From contig NC_043008.1 in the NCBI RefSeq assembly GCF_006345805.1, positions 24,614,001 to 24,678,000 on the forward strand: a stretch of 64,000 nucleotides of DNA, written 5' to 3'. This DNA comes from Octopus sinensis. Taxonomy: Eukaryota. Position numbers and translations under genes: made by a program. Shown piece by piece: positions 26,990-40,910 of this stretch. How positions within the stretch are numbered: position 1 is the first letter of the stretch; each line of letters starts with the position of its first letter. The notes under the pieces were generated by a model that was not told the origin of the DNA, searched no databases, and was given only the letters and a program-made list of their open reading frames with translations.

Positions 26990-27219
26990 TGTGCATAAAC
27001 AGTATAACCGGAGGTTGCAATGGAGGATTATAATTGTCACTAAATCTGTAATTGTATATATCGGACAGGATTCTTTCGACATTCATCTACCAAATGCATT
27101 TCTTTGCTCGATCCAAAGGTATTGTACAAGACACCTGCCTTTGGTGCCACCCTGAGGGATTAAAATCGGAACTGTGTAGTTCGGTAGCAAATTTCTTGCC
27201 ATACAGCTACGCCTAAAAG

Positions 27220-27650
27220 CGAAGAAGAAGAAGAAGAAGAAGAAGAAGAAGAAGAAGAAGAAGAAGAAGAAGAAGAAGAAGAAGAAGAAGAAGAAGAAGA
27301 AGAAGAAGAAGAAGAAGAAGAAGCAGAAGAAGAAGAAGAAGAAGAAGAAGAAGAAGAAGAAGAAAACGGCAGTGGTATTACATAGTAGTAGTGGCTGTCC
27401 GTGTGATCTGCTTTAATGTTCAATTGACCTAAAAGTGATTTGCTGTGGTTGTAGCAGTATTGGTAGAAACTGTTCTAAATAAATTCGTGGGTAGCTACTG
27501 TTCTTATATTTTTTGTTACTAATATTTGCGTGGGTATTATTCTAGGATCCTTGTAGTAGTGTCATCTGTGGTGGATGCAATCAAAAGATGTGTATATTTT
27601 GCGATAAAAGATGATTCATTGCTAATGTACTGATTACAGATTGCATTATA
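27220..27650 (-). mobile_element. Penelope-like family 1, 3' end fragment with an expanded (GAA)n tract
   Basis: 27365-27650 aligns to 4545-4820 (aaattc.tgggtag, tgtagtagtgtcat). (GAA)n at about 27220-27364. Confidence 0.75.
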
Positions 27651-27724
27651 TATATATATAATTAAAATTCAAGTATATTCCATCATCCGTCTTTCCTTTA
27701 CCACACACACACACGCACGCACGC

Positions 27725-27757
<33 letters not shown>

Positions 27758-27834
27758 AACACACACACACACAAACACACACACATATGTATATATGTAT
27801 TAAACTAGGCTATTACTGTCAAAATGCCTAAGCG

Positions 27835-27859
<25 letters not shown>

Positions 27860-27873
<14 letters not shown>

Positions 27874-30030
27874 CATTTCGTTTTGGTATTTGGTTTGCAA
27901 CATTCTTTATATGAATTTGTGCGTTGAGGCATATTATATTGTGTCTGGGGAGAGTCATTCTCTTTTAGTGCCTTATTATTTAATGCACTTACCGTTTCGA
28001 TTTCCACTGAAATAAATATTCATTTTTTCCCAAATTTTTTGTTGCGTCTTGCAACCTTTTCAATTGTCGTTGACTCTGTCAATTATCAGAGCTGTGTTCC
28101 TTTTGTTTGTTTGTTTCTGTGCATGTGTGTGCGTCAGTGTGCATATGTATACACATATGAATGTATGTATGTATGCATGTATGTATGTGTGTGTATATCT
28201 TGCATGAGTGTGTGTGTGTGTATATATATATATATGCGTGTGTATGTATTTGTGTGTGTACGTCTGTTTCGTTAAGTGTGCATGTTTCAGTATGTCTGTG
28301 TATGCGTTACTATTACTATGAACGTGTGTCCGTTATGTATGAATGTCTGTCTCCATATATGTGTGCTTGAAGCGTGCGTGTGTGTATATGGTCATGTGTT
28401 TTAGCTTTCATTGGAGTATGTGTGTATATGTGTGTGCTTGTCTGTCTGTATTATCTATGTACCTGTCAATCTATCTATCCGTTTACTTATGTATCCATTT
28501 ACACCTCCACACACAAACACTTTCACACACATACACACGCGCACACACACATATATACGTCTACATAACAGCCCACTAACTACTCTACCATTGTATATAT
28601 AAACTGTGGTTATTGGAGTATGACTACCATCTACGTATATTTCCTATTTAGTACTGGGGGTGTTTCATGTATGAGGATGTACTCCTGTATTTGCTTGAGC
28701 CTTGGATAAAGTGCGGATATCAAGTCGACCAAGTGTGCCTCCATCTTCGTCTTTGGCATACTGGTAGAGTATCGATGTCTGTTTTCTGAAGTCATATTGT
28801 CTCAAATATCCATTTAGTCGCTCCCAAATGCTTCAAGATGTTTCACCAAGGTATGTCATGTTCTTGTCTTTACCTTATGGTGTAAACTACATTTCTATTT
28901 CTGCAGTTAATGCCAGAGCTAATCTTACATACCATGCAGTTATCATTATTGCATGTGGGATACTCAAAGGTGTAGGTCTTACATAGTTGTAATCTGATGG
29001 AGCTTCCTGGCTTTTCAACGATCTTAATGTTCTGTTTAGCCTCCTACAGAGCATTCCTAAGTCCCCGGGCTAGCTCTCAATGGGTTGTGGCCTCTACAAA
29101 CATCACTCGGTCTTGTATCACGTGTTCACCCTGTTTGCTTTGTCACAAACATTTTGTACCCTGTTCCAGTCTATACTTCTATAAGTATCATTGATTTCAA
29201 TTCTATCTAACTTCTTTCTGGCTCTACTGTTTACCCAAACCCTATCTTTCTGATCATATCCATAGAAGCATGCGGTGCATGAAGTTCTGTACATGTTTCT
29301 TTGTTTCTTAACGTTTCGCATATTGGGGACTCGCTCTTCATTATCCTAAGTCTGTTATCAATGTGTTGATTTTCATGTTGTGTGACAAAACTGAGATCTT
29401 GCTAACAACATATTTAGAATCTACGGGCTTCATGTAATAGGAATGGAAGAGCTGCACTCTGTTCTTCAGTCTCTAACCAAATTTCAGTGTTAGGTTGTCT
29501 TGCGTGGTAATCTATAGTTACCATGATACTTTGAGGGATGGAGTTAACTACATGCTGGATACTCTCCATTGTGCTCCTCTTAGTTTCTATATTACATTAA
29601 CTGGAGTTTTTGCTAACTAGAATATGAATATCATCTACATACCTACAGTAACGAAACACAGCTGAGGATTGTTCTGCTAAGGATTAAGTTTTCTGTCCCA
29701 CCAGGTCATGAAGAATACGGTCACATCTCCAGCCTCACCGACACCAATGGCTGCACCTTGAATCTGCATGTATAGTTTCCTGTTAAACTTTACTATGTGG
29801 TTCTTTAAGGTGGTTCTTATGCTAGCCCCTATTGCATGTGCAATCATTCTTTTCACCTGACTGTTGTCCTCAGGGTCCCAGTGTTTGTCTTGAATCCTCT
29901 TCAAAATAACCCTTTTTTTATATATACTACCTCATCGATAAAAAATCCTGGCTCTGTTGCCTTGGCAATTATTTCTCCTGATAGTTATGCAAATATTTTT
30001 GCAAATGTTGGATTCGTCCCTAACTCCTCT
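27860..30030 (-). mobile_element. Penelope-like family 2, degenerate (RT C-half, GIY-YIG, 3' terminal repeat)
   Basis: GAAIGVGEAGDVTVFFMTWWD; YVDD at 29630-29641; decayed GINCRNRNVVY. 27860-28110 is homologous to 62775-62990. Confidence 0.8.
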
Positions 30031-30183
30031 GCATAACTAGAAGGAATTCTGATATCATTATGTTATGAGTTTCTAAAACAACTCTATGGGTGAAATAATC
30101 GACAAAATTATAGACCCAGAATATTTTATCGACGAGATTACACCAAAAATAATAATTCTCTTCAGCTTTTCTGCTTGAAAAGT

Positions 30184-31578
30184 AGAGGTTTCAAGTCAAA
30201 TACTAGAGAATAGTTTAGTTGACTCCAGCTATGTAATATTAATTTCCTTGCCCAAACTTTAAATCATTCAAAAGAACATATACAAAAGTATAATCATTAG
30301 GGGTTACTTTCTGTAAATACCCATGCATATTTTATACGGAAGAGATAAAAAAAATATTGTTATCAATATTATCGGAGGCAGAATTTATATAAACTCAACA
30401 CTCTGATGCTCCCCTAGATTCCAGTCTCACTTAGATAATCAAGAGGTGTTGTAACAAAATCAGAAAATAATAAATGATATTCCACCATTTTTTATGAAAA
30501 ACGTAAACATGTGGGACAGTAATGCTAAGCATTTGAATAGAAAACTAACGTTTACATTGCAAAAGAGAGTCAAAATCATTGCTGTTCAGATTGGGCTTAA
30601 AGATATTGCGTAATGACTGACTGCCCAAATGGTACACGAAGAGGCAGGGATAGATATACATATGTAAGCGCATATATTAACAAAAAGTCAGACAAAGAAA
30701 GAGAAACTTGAATCTCATATTTGATATCTGTTAATTTAAATGCCATATTTGAATAGGTGTCCATACTTTTTCGCTCATACACTATAAAAAATATTAGTGC
30801 GTCAAAGTCGAAAGAATTGAAATGTTGAACTTAGGTTTAGTTTCAATAAGAGTGCACTGGTGTCTGCAAAGGTAAAAAAAAAAAATATAGAAGAAAAACT
30901 TCTCTGGGGAAAGAGAGATTGAGAAAATGGGCCCATGCAAAATCTTTGAGATGGGACATGTCAGCTAACATATGTAGAAGCATGTGTAGAGGTGTATGAA
31001 GTTGCATGTTCATAAGAGTTATCATTGCGTTAGTCATCATTAGAGGAAATGTTTTCTGGTTTTGTAAGGTTTAATTTACAGAGCTCTGTACAGCGAATTC
31101 CTTAGCCAACGTGTGATTTATAATTTGAATACGTAGCACATTATTAACCCGGTTTTTATTTATGTTCAATGGATAATCTAATAGTCAGGATGTATAGAAA
31201 CATTACATATATAATCGAATAGTTCAAATTTAATAGGACATTACTATTGTTTGCTGAAAGATAAAGCGGTTTGGAAAGAATTTTGAGTAGGGATTCAAAG
31301 AAGAATGCTGCGTTTATCTTCGTATCTCAGTTTGTAATTATTTGCAATATATTTGTATTATATATTTATAGATACGAGTGTGTGCAAAAGCATATAAGCA
31401 CTTTCGTTAACTGAAGATGTTCAAAAATTACTTTATTTGGGGGGTGAATTAATATACAGCGTAATATACTTTGTTCTTGTGGTATTTTTACGTAATCAGA
31501 GGTTTCAAGTCAAATACTAGAGAATAGTTTAGTTGACTCCAGCTATGTAATATTAATTTCATTGCCCAAACTTTAAAT
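30184..31578 (+). repeat. 81-bp direct repeat (30184-30264 and 31498-31578), one mismatch
   Basis: agaggtttcaagtcaaatactagagaatag...cccaaactttaaat occurs twice. Confidence 0.9.
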
Positions 31579-34289
31579 GAAAAATATAAAGATTTGATAG
31601 AGATGTATAGATCGAGAACGAATGGGAAAAGTACTATAGACTTTAATTATTTTTAAAAGCGATTGAAATGGTAGCTTATTATATGAACTAGTATGTTAAT
31701 TTTCGAATTCATTTATTTTTTAAATAACACGAAAAACAGAGATCAACTGTTCTAGTGGTAGAATTGAAGCGGGAAGCAATTGTAGTTAAAGCAGCTATTA
31801 GCAAAGTAAATATACACTAATAGCAATGCGTCTAGACATATTCATAGCACCATACAATATCGGTCACAAAAACGAATTCGATAATTTTTTAGCTTTGCCC
31901 TTTCCTGATATATGGTCGCTTAAAATGTTTATTTTTAGTTGAAATTAGAATGGATTTTTTTCGCTTGTAATCGTTTAATATAGAAAAAGAAATCAATGCA
32001 AAGTACTGATTTTGACTATCTCAACCTGAGGGAGTTGATGGCGAGCAAGAAGTATAGACAAAATATAGATTATCAATGATGAGTTAGCAGAGGTTTTATA
32101 AATGATACTTAGCCACGGAAACGATCTACAGCAGTTCATCATTTTTAGTTTCTAATAATAGAATTGATAAATCTTATATAGTTCTGAAAAGAATACGAAT
32201 TACAAAGCTACTCAATAAGACTGTAAACAAAAGTGAAATTATCAATAGAACTGATAGGGAGTGGCAGTAATCTGCACCGGCAACTGTCTTTCACTATAGC
32301 GAAAGAAAAATTGAGGTCATCTTTAATTTCCAATTAGAAGTTAAAACTAACGTTTTAAAGAGAACTCTTCACCTGAAATTCATCATCCTTGTAATGAAGC
32401 TGAACCTTGTTTTGATGGGTTATGCCAATGCAATTTTACTAGAGTTTTATTTTTTTATGATGGATAAGGTGTTTCAGCTGTATAAATCCTTTTGAATTTG
32501 ATTCAATGTATTCACGAACTACTGAGAACTATCTTTTTTGTAGTTGGCCAAGACTTAGTACAATTTGGAGCGATGGATTTAGATAGTTCGTTATTGTCGA
32601 TGCAGCAGTTGTATTATAGCATTATCTGGAAAGACCACATCATGGTAGGTTCCTTTACATTTCTAACGGTTTCCTTTAGAACAGTGCTTCAAAACAACGT
32701 CAAAATTCAACCGTTACAGTAGAGTAAATGTTAAAATTCCTGAACTCACTACATAAATTCGAATGCTATCATGGATTTTGTGACATTTCATTTTGTTCTT
32801 ATGTAGTTCTCTTGTGTTTGTCCCTCAGATATAATTTTGAATAGAATAAAATAGTATTTACAAGATGGATAAATTGTTTTAAGATGTCATGTTAAATATG
32901 TTTCACTAAAATTCGAAGGCAGCTTTTGGAATACTCATGAAAGAGACCTAAATTGTATGACTTTGTAAATTTCTATTGCCGCTAAGTATCCCTATTCTAC
33001 TGAGTACAATTTCTTCTACTTCTATGGTTTATTACTTTATTGGTGCTACTTTGATAAGAATAATTAGATTACCTCGATGTGGTTAAATGACGCTTAAACT
33101 ACGTTATGTTTGTGCTTTAAGAAAAACGTATCCAGGCACATAACTACGGGTCGCAGGTAATTGAACCACGGGAAAATGAAATAAGTGGATTTAAATCGAA
33201 GTAATCAGGTGAATATACTTAGAGGAACACTAACTGTCATACCAGATTGGCACTGATACTAAAAGTTTCTTTTCTGTTTATATAGTCCTGAAAAGAAGAC
33301 GATTTACTATGATGTCATTTTAATAAAATCACATGATGTCCACAAAAAGATATACCGAAACAAAATATCATATAATCCATAAGGGTATTTGAGTCACAAC
33401 TAAGGTGTTTGTAGTGCATTAAGTAACTTTTATTCCCTTAAAACCCAAACAATGTACCGATAAATTCATTTATCTTGAATTGATATGGATAGCAACTTTA
33501 TAATATGCTAATGCCTTTTAAAAAAGAATGTATATAGCTTAAAGTTCTTTTCTGAAAAAGTCTTTTCATTTTATCAACTTCATGCACAAATGCGACAGGA
33601 TTCAACAAATTAAAAAAGTATTCAAACGGATATAATTTATTAATGGTTTCAATATTTTATAATGGTTTATTAATGGTTTTATAAATTCCTGTATATTTAC
33701 ATGAATTGTGAATAGAATTCTTGAACCATCTTAAAACATTGAGGGGATGGATTTAATATGAATAATAAATTTCTTAGCATTCCAAACGGTTAAATCTTAA
33801 ATTTCCTATACGATATAATTATAGAATGTTCGATTAGTTACAATTTTACAGTCACCTTACATACCCAGTTGTACTGTTTTTTTTTCTTTTTGTGGCGCCG
33901 CGACTGGTATGGTTTAAATTCAGAAATCTAGAATACAATAGTAATTCCTGAGATTTTATTTTATTTCGCAGCTTTCCCTCTTTTAAAACTCTTCTAATGT
34001 TCGTATGGCGACATTAGTTGTATTTTACTGAATTGTGTACACACTCTCTTTTATGAGTTTAACATGTTATTATCAGCTCCATGTATTATCTACAACGCTA
34101 GGAATAATTAACTTCTATGATATGATGGAATGCATCATAGGCTGAATATGAAAAAGTGATACTAGACTGTGAAATCTTGCATGCATTAATTTCAAGACTT
34201 CTTATTAATGACTGTACTGTTTCTTTGCAGGTACGCTGAGATCTGATTATTCAAAGACTTCAAAAGTGACTAGTAGCGAATTCTCTTGA

Positions 34290-34570
34290 AAATGGACAAC
34301 ATTTGTCATTGTGGTGTTATCAATACCTGCAGAAAAAGGGTTTATTGAGATGACATGGTCGCTACCTTAATGGATAACACTCCAGCTTTTCTAATAGTGC
34401 AAAAGTGGACAACTGAATTTAATAGGAGAAGGGAGAGTCTTGAAGATAAGCAAAGGTCTGGAGGTCCTGCAACTGCTACCAACGAGGAAAGCATTGATTG
34501 GGTTCACTACATATTGATGGATAACAGGCGATTGATATCGCAAGCTGTTTCAGCAGCTTTTCGGCCTAGC
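34290..34570 (+). mobile_element. Mariner transposase N-terminal fragment
   Basis: DMVATLMDNTPAFLIVQKWTTEFNRRRESLEDKQRSGGPATATNEESID matches the mariner HTH region. Confidence 0.8.
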
Positions 34571-34789
34571 TTGAAATAGAATTGTGCGAACTTGCTTTTT
34601 GTCCATGTTGCATTCAACGTTCCGGAAAAAATGCCCTAACTATTGAAAAAAAAAAGAGTATCACGATTAGATAAAGCGAAAAACGGGCTTTAAAATGATA
34701 TATAAAGTCAATGTAATTTAACGAAAATTAATTTGAAAATATATAATTTAAAACCAAATTTTAAAATTCCGCGGGAACTTTCTTGACAA

Positions 34790-35580
34790 CCTAATGCAAG
34801 TTGGAGATAATCTATGAATTCATTTGCCTTGGCTATACAACCGCTGATGACTTCTCCCTGGACCCTGAGATCAGCAGGCGAATTGAACAAGCATCCTTCA
34901 CATTTGCTAGGCTTACAAAGAGAGTCTGGAAAAACAGAAAACTGACTGCAAAAACCAAGATTGCTGTGTATAAGGTGTGCTTCCTAAGTACGCTATTTAC
35001 GGCAGTGAGAAGTGGAGCCTCTACTCCAGAGGCTCAACGTCTTCCACCTTCGTAAATTGAGACGCTTCTTTGATATCAAGTGGACCGACCACATCATCAG
35101 CACCGAAGTCCTCAATGATGGTAAGATACCCAGTATACTCATCCTGCCCTTGCAGCGTCGTCTGCGCTGGTTCAGTTAGAATATCGTATGCCGGACGGGA
35201 GGATCCCAAAAGGCCTCAAATATGGGGAAATGGCCACCGGCACAAGAACACAAGGACGACCTCATCTTCGTTTCAAGGACATCTGCAACAGAGATCTGGA
35301 CAACCTGAGTTGGGAGGATGTCGCATATAATGGTCCATGCTAGAGACAAATTCTGCGAAAGGGGATAAAACGAGCAAGACCTCGCCACCAAAGAAAAGCG
35401 CATTCGACGGAAGATAAATCTAGTAGCGTCGGCAGAGAGTTCCTTCAAATGCAGTCGCTGTATGCATGACTGCCACTTCCGTGTGGGTATCAACAGCCAC
35501 AGTAGACGCTGCCCTATCATCAGCAGGTGACACGATTCCTTTGGGCACAGATCCATGATCTCTCGAGACCGACAGATGCC
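34790..35580 (+). mobile_element. RTE-clade LINE 3' fragment
   Basis: EISRRIEQASFTFARLTKRVWKNRKLTAKTKIAVY, RRLRW, GRP.LRFKD and a terminal CSRC..C.....SH zinc knuckle, followed by a (TC)n tail. Confidence 0.85.
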
Positions 35581-35587
35581 TACTCTC

Positions 35588-35663
<76 letters not shown>

Positions 35664-35808
35664 CATACAGGTATGAGAGGTATTGGTGTCAAGAAGACCC
35701 AAAGGTACCAGGTAATGCTGAATAAGTGCTATGGACAGACTATAGTTAAGCTCCAGGTTTGATAATAATACGAATAACGAGTCCAACGTAGGTCGTGTAT
35801 TATCATGC

Positions 35809-35914
35809 ATATATATAAAAATTAACAGAATGAGATAAAAAAAAGTCCAAAGCTGTGAATAGTTTTCACAGCCTTGGATTTTAAAAATCTCATTCTGTTA
35901 ATTTATATATATAT
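35809..35914. repeat. ~106-bp palindromic (MITE-like) hairpin
   Basis: attaacagaatgagat / atctcattctgttaat with inner ccaa.gctgtgaa / ttcacagc.ttgg, and TA-repeat ends. Confidence 0.85.
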
Positions 35915-38706
35915 TGGATGGTAGTGTAAGTATGCATATGTACATAATTATACATACATGTATGTAAGTTCTGCATAAAACAATAAATTGCATCTGATGC
36001 TGGGGCTCCAAATCAGGAAATCTGGAACTGTGTAGAGTGTGAAATCTTAATTACTGTTATTAATAGTTCAGTTTTGGCCCGGAACGGAAATACCATTGTG
36101 GGTTCCAGCTATCGATTAAATAGATTCCCTACAGGTAGAGAGGGATCATTCTATTTTTGGCAAAGCCTTGGGGCAGGCAGCTATTCTAGGAGAAATATAG
36201 ACATATTGCATTATACGTCAATGAGAGAGTGCAAATTTCTTCTACAAGTTTTTGTCCCTTGAATCCAATGACGTACAATTATATCGCTCTAATTTCATTT
36301 CTTGATCTATTTGTATTTTATAAAGTCATATGTTGATGGATGCGTGCAAGGACAAAGGCATATTCGTACGCATTCAAAGATGAAAGTAAACCCGGACAAT
36401 CAAGCTTAATATGAGACGGTTGTCATCTGATAAGATGAAGCAATCGTTATGTATGTATGTGTACACGTTACTAGACAATTCACTGTGAATGCGTAGATCG
36501 AGAATCCACACCAATGCCCACATTGTGCAGTAATTATGTTATCTATGCAGGCGTAAACTAGATTGTCAGAAACATAACTCCCATTATATTTGAATTATGA
36601 CAGAAACTAATTATTGATATGTCGAATACATTTAAAGATACGCACTTTCCAAGTCGTTACGTAACGAGTGACTACACAGTTATTCACTTTCAAATGAATT
36701 ACATTGATAGTAACAAATTTCCCTTATATAGAAGTAAGTATAAGTGAAACCATTAAAAATCCATTCAGTGAAGTGAATAAATAAAAATAGACAGAAGGAG
36801 CGAGGGTACTCGTACAACTATGTAGGAGTATACATAGTAATAAAAATACAAACAAATGGACAATAAGCTTCAAACAATGTAATGAGGGGAAAGAACGGAA
36901 TAATAAATTATAATACTGTAGGAAGACAGTTCATTTTCAAGCAGATTAAGTAGTATCATCCCCTTGCCGATAAAGATCTTAAAGAATTTCAGCCGTAATG
37001 CCTAGATTGTGACACCATGTATAAGAATATATATATATTTATACACCTTAGCTATGATATCTAGCTATGATATATAGTAAATTTATATGAATATAAACGT
37101 TTGTGCTATTCAAATAGTGAAGAATATAGTTGGAAGATATATTAATTAATCCTACTAGTAAAAGATAAAAGCAACACGAAAATTATGAGAACACTAATGA
37201 TATTTATAAAACAATATTAACCGCATTTGGTCTAATGCAAAACGTTTTGCGCAACAGCAACAACAAAAACATTGGTTACAAATTTTGGCAAAGGCAAGAA
37301 ATTTTGAGGGTAGGGAGTAAGTGGATTACATCGATAGGGAAGGAAGGTAAAGTCGACTCGGAAAAGTTTAAATCCTGAACGTAAAGCCGGACGAAATAAC
37401 ATTAAACATTTTGTCCGACGCGCTAACGATTCTGTCAGTTTGTTCTCTTAAAAACAACAACAACAGCAACAACAATAATAATAATATTAATAAGAATAAA
37501 TGCCCTGATGCAGTACCAGGCAGTGGTTCTCATGGCTTCTGATCTTAACTGATTGGAAGTGTTATCCTGTACATTGTTTTGCCTTGGTATAAAAGATGGG
37601 CTACAGCAAATATTCTGCTCAATACCACAAATTTGCTTGTCAGTTGTTTGATCGTAACCAGTTGAGCATGTCCCTTAGTGGCTGGCAATGTGTACATCTC
37701 TGATCACGAGCAGAAGTTTACAAGACCACATCCTCGCGAGTGCACACCCCACATGCGCATAGATGCTCACACTCGCATACATCTACTTCTGTTCTCTCTT
37801 CTCCCCTTACCACCCCACCACTTAAGAAACTACACCCATAAATCTTTACGGAATGACAAACAAATTCCAGTAGATCTGAGACCGAACTCACCTTCAACAA
37901 AAGGCCGAGTCCTTAAAGCGGTCAATGATGGCTAATGCATACACACTCACTCACAAACACACAAACATGCAGTCCCACACATAAACGCACGCGCACGCAT
38001 AGATACACACACCAACACATATAAAATCTTCGTTTTCTCTCACTCTTCCTTCTCCTGTAAGTAAACAGACATCTGCATACTCACATACACACAGGCATAA
38101 GACTGATTCTCGGACAGACTCAAGACAGGGGGCATGTCATTGATGAAAGGACACTTTCTAACAACCAATCGATTGATTGATTAATCAGCACATTAAACAA
38201 ACGATCGATTTCTTAGTTGGCATTTAACCGGTTGACAAACAATGGAGAAGTTATAATAAACCAGTGCGTGTGTTGTTATTATTGTTGTACCCTCTGAAGA
38301 CACAACAACAAGATTTGATTCAACACGCGAACTCACAGTCAAGGATCTTGCAAGCCAAATAGAAAAACGAAGTAAATGGGGGAGCATTATAGCCATGTGT
38401 TGAGAGGAATTCTTTGGGGTATTGGATAATTCACCTTTGGAAACAAGTGTGTTTCAGTCATCATCCTTCAAGAACCCTTATTCAGGGACCTTTTGAGCGG
38501 GATGGGCTACTCGACTTGAAGAGACTGAAGATATTTCTAATTGGACCCCACCTGCAAGGCCATGCGCTGTTTTTCTTGATATGAGATCACCATGTAGCGC
38601 ACATATGGTTGTCATACAGGTAGACATGAAGGGTATAGTGCGCTTCGTAAATTTTACCCCAGTGTCATTTTGGCATGCACTGCTCTCTCACTCAATAATA
38701 ATAATG

Positions 38707-38739
<33 letters not shown>

Positions 38740-39149
38740 GTCTCAAATTTTGGCTCATGGCCAGAAGTTGGGAGGGTAAGGATAAGTCAATTGCATCAAC
38801 CCTATTGCTCAACTGGTACAGATGTTATCGACTCTGAAATGGTGACCTCTGGAAAATGAAAACGATGCATGGGCAATACACCAGAGAAATGGAAATGAAA
38901 GACCGACACTTGGAGATGGTTGAGGAAATGTGAGCTAAGTGGATGCAGTGAGGCATTGATATTCAGCGTCCAGGAACAAGCTTTTCGAACTAATTAAAGT
39001 TCCAAAGAGATAAGTATAGATAATTGCCCTTTTGTAGGATGCGTGTTATCAAAAATGAAAGTCTTACATGTTGTGAGTGAATGTAGGAGATTGGCCCAAA
39101 AGGATACAAAATGAGGCATGATAACGTAGCTATGTATGTCCTTGAAAGA

Positions 39150-39570
39150 ACATTGAAATAGTACGAACATAAACCAGGAGGCGTTATCGAAGATAACGAG
39201 CATAAGATCTAGTGGGATAATACAATTCCGTGTAATTCAGTGATAGACAGTCGGAGACCAGACGTTGTTGTAGATAAAATGAAGGAACCTAAGATCATAG
39301 ATATTGCCATTCATCTCGATGTAGGAGTGGGTGGTAAAGAGCTGGAAAAGATTGAGAAGCACCAGCCACTGAAAGATGTGTTTGCACAAATGTGGAGAAT
39401 GCAGAAAGTAACTGTCATCCCATTAGTTGCAGGGGTAGTGGGATCATTGACAACCAGGACTGAGAAATTTGTTAGAAAAATTAGCATTGACATGAGCGTA
39501 GAATATGCTCAGAAAATTGATTTATTGGGGCCATCGAGAATTTTGAGATTGGTATATGGCCGTTAAGTTT
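39150..39570 (+). mobile_element. RLE-type non-LTR retrotransposon 3' fragment (endonuclease domain)
   Basis: RRPDVVV...IIDIAI...KELEKIEKHQPL...VTVIPLVAGVVG, homologous to the C-terminus of the Dong-like element. Confidence 0.8.
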
Positions 39571-39949
39571 CGTGAAAAGAGATCTTGTTAGACGATTGAC
39601 TCCTATGTGGAGGTTGTCTCCGGGATGTTCGTTGACCGAGGGCAAAGGGGAAATGTCTGCAAAAAGTCTTGATCGGCAGAAAAAAATAGTCCCAGATTAT
39701 ATGAATGTCTATGTACATGTTCATATATGTGTTTAGGCATGTTTTTGCACGTATGTAGTTTTTTGTGTCCTGTACATGTGTGTGTTTGAGTGGATGTGTT
39801 TGTATTCACATGTTTGTTTCCGATTAAATGACAAAAAAAGTTATTTGGGAGAGTGTCGTCTTTGATTGGTCATATGTGTGCATGTATGTTGTTTGAGAAT
39901 ACTTCGATATTAGTTGGATGAAAATGCCACTAAAACACATATGTATCAT

Positions 39950-40205
39950 GGTATGTAAAGGCACGCGGTTAGGGTATCAGACTCACGATGGTAAGGTCTC
40001 GAGTTCGATTCCTAACTGTGCATTGTGTCCTTGAGCAAGAAACCCCCTTTCCCGTTGCTCTTGTTCCCATAACTGGCAAAAATGGACTGTATCTTACGCG
40101 TATTTGTGGAGTGCTCAGCCACTTGCACGTTAATTTCACGAGCAGGCTCTTCCATTGATCGAGTCAGTTGGAACACTTGTCATCATAAGCAATGGAATGC
40201 CAGTT
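39950..40205 (+). mobile_element. tRNA-derived SINE
   Basis: B-box gagttcgattcc followed by the core tgtgtccttgagcaaga, shared with 56411-56731. Confidence 0.7.
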
Positions 40206-40820
40206 ATCATGTAATGTTGTGAAAATGTATATGGGACTATATTTGTCATCACTTTATTGTGTACATGAGTATATATTTTGTTGTGTGTGTGACCTAAATG
40301 TGTACTACACGCACGTGTATGCCTGAGCTGGAAGGGATAATCGAGTTGTTAAGATTCCTGGGTGTGGGTGACGTAATGTTTGATGCGAAAATTTCTGTGT
40401 ATGTTGGTGTGACAAGTTGATGCATTAAAGGCGAAATGGACGTTGAATTGGAGTGTACTAGGCACATTTTGCTTGCAACATGCTGAAAGCTAGTGGAAGA
40501 TGCATTCTTAAGTGTACCATCTCGATTTCGATTCAGAAAATTTAAGATTAAAAAAATAATGAAAACATGCAATAAAATGTGTCAACCAATTTATATTTAA
40601 TCAGCTCTTCAAAGCAAATAGAGAGAATGCATCTATGCAAATCATGTCTCTACAAGAGAAATGTGAAGTATAACCTAAAATCTTTCTGTCTTTCTCTCTC
40701 CCTCTCCCTGTATATGTACACACATGCATACACAATTATATATATATATATATATATATATAACATTATTGGTGAATTGAAGAAATGGAGCTGAACGCAG
40801 ATTGAACAGAAATCGTTTTA

Positions 40821-40910
40821 TTTCATTCTACACGTGTTTCGAAAGGCACAAATTACCAAAATCCGATTGAATAATGGGACCATATTGTGTCTTTCTCTTC
40901 AGGAAGAAAA
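40821..40910 (-). ncRNA. Type I hammerhead ribozyme in the left arm (mirror copy, sense to the GIY-YIG frame)
   Basis: Exact reverse complement of 42369-42458. Confidence 0.8.

Noticed and set aside
39957-39972. aaggcacgcgg resembling miR-124
   Set aside because: The match is short, there is no precursor hairpin, and it lies in a SINE head.
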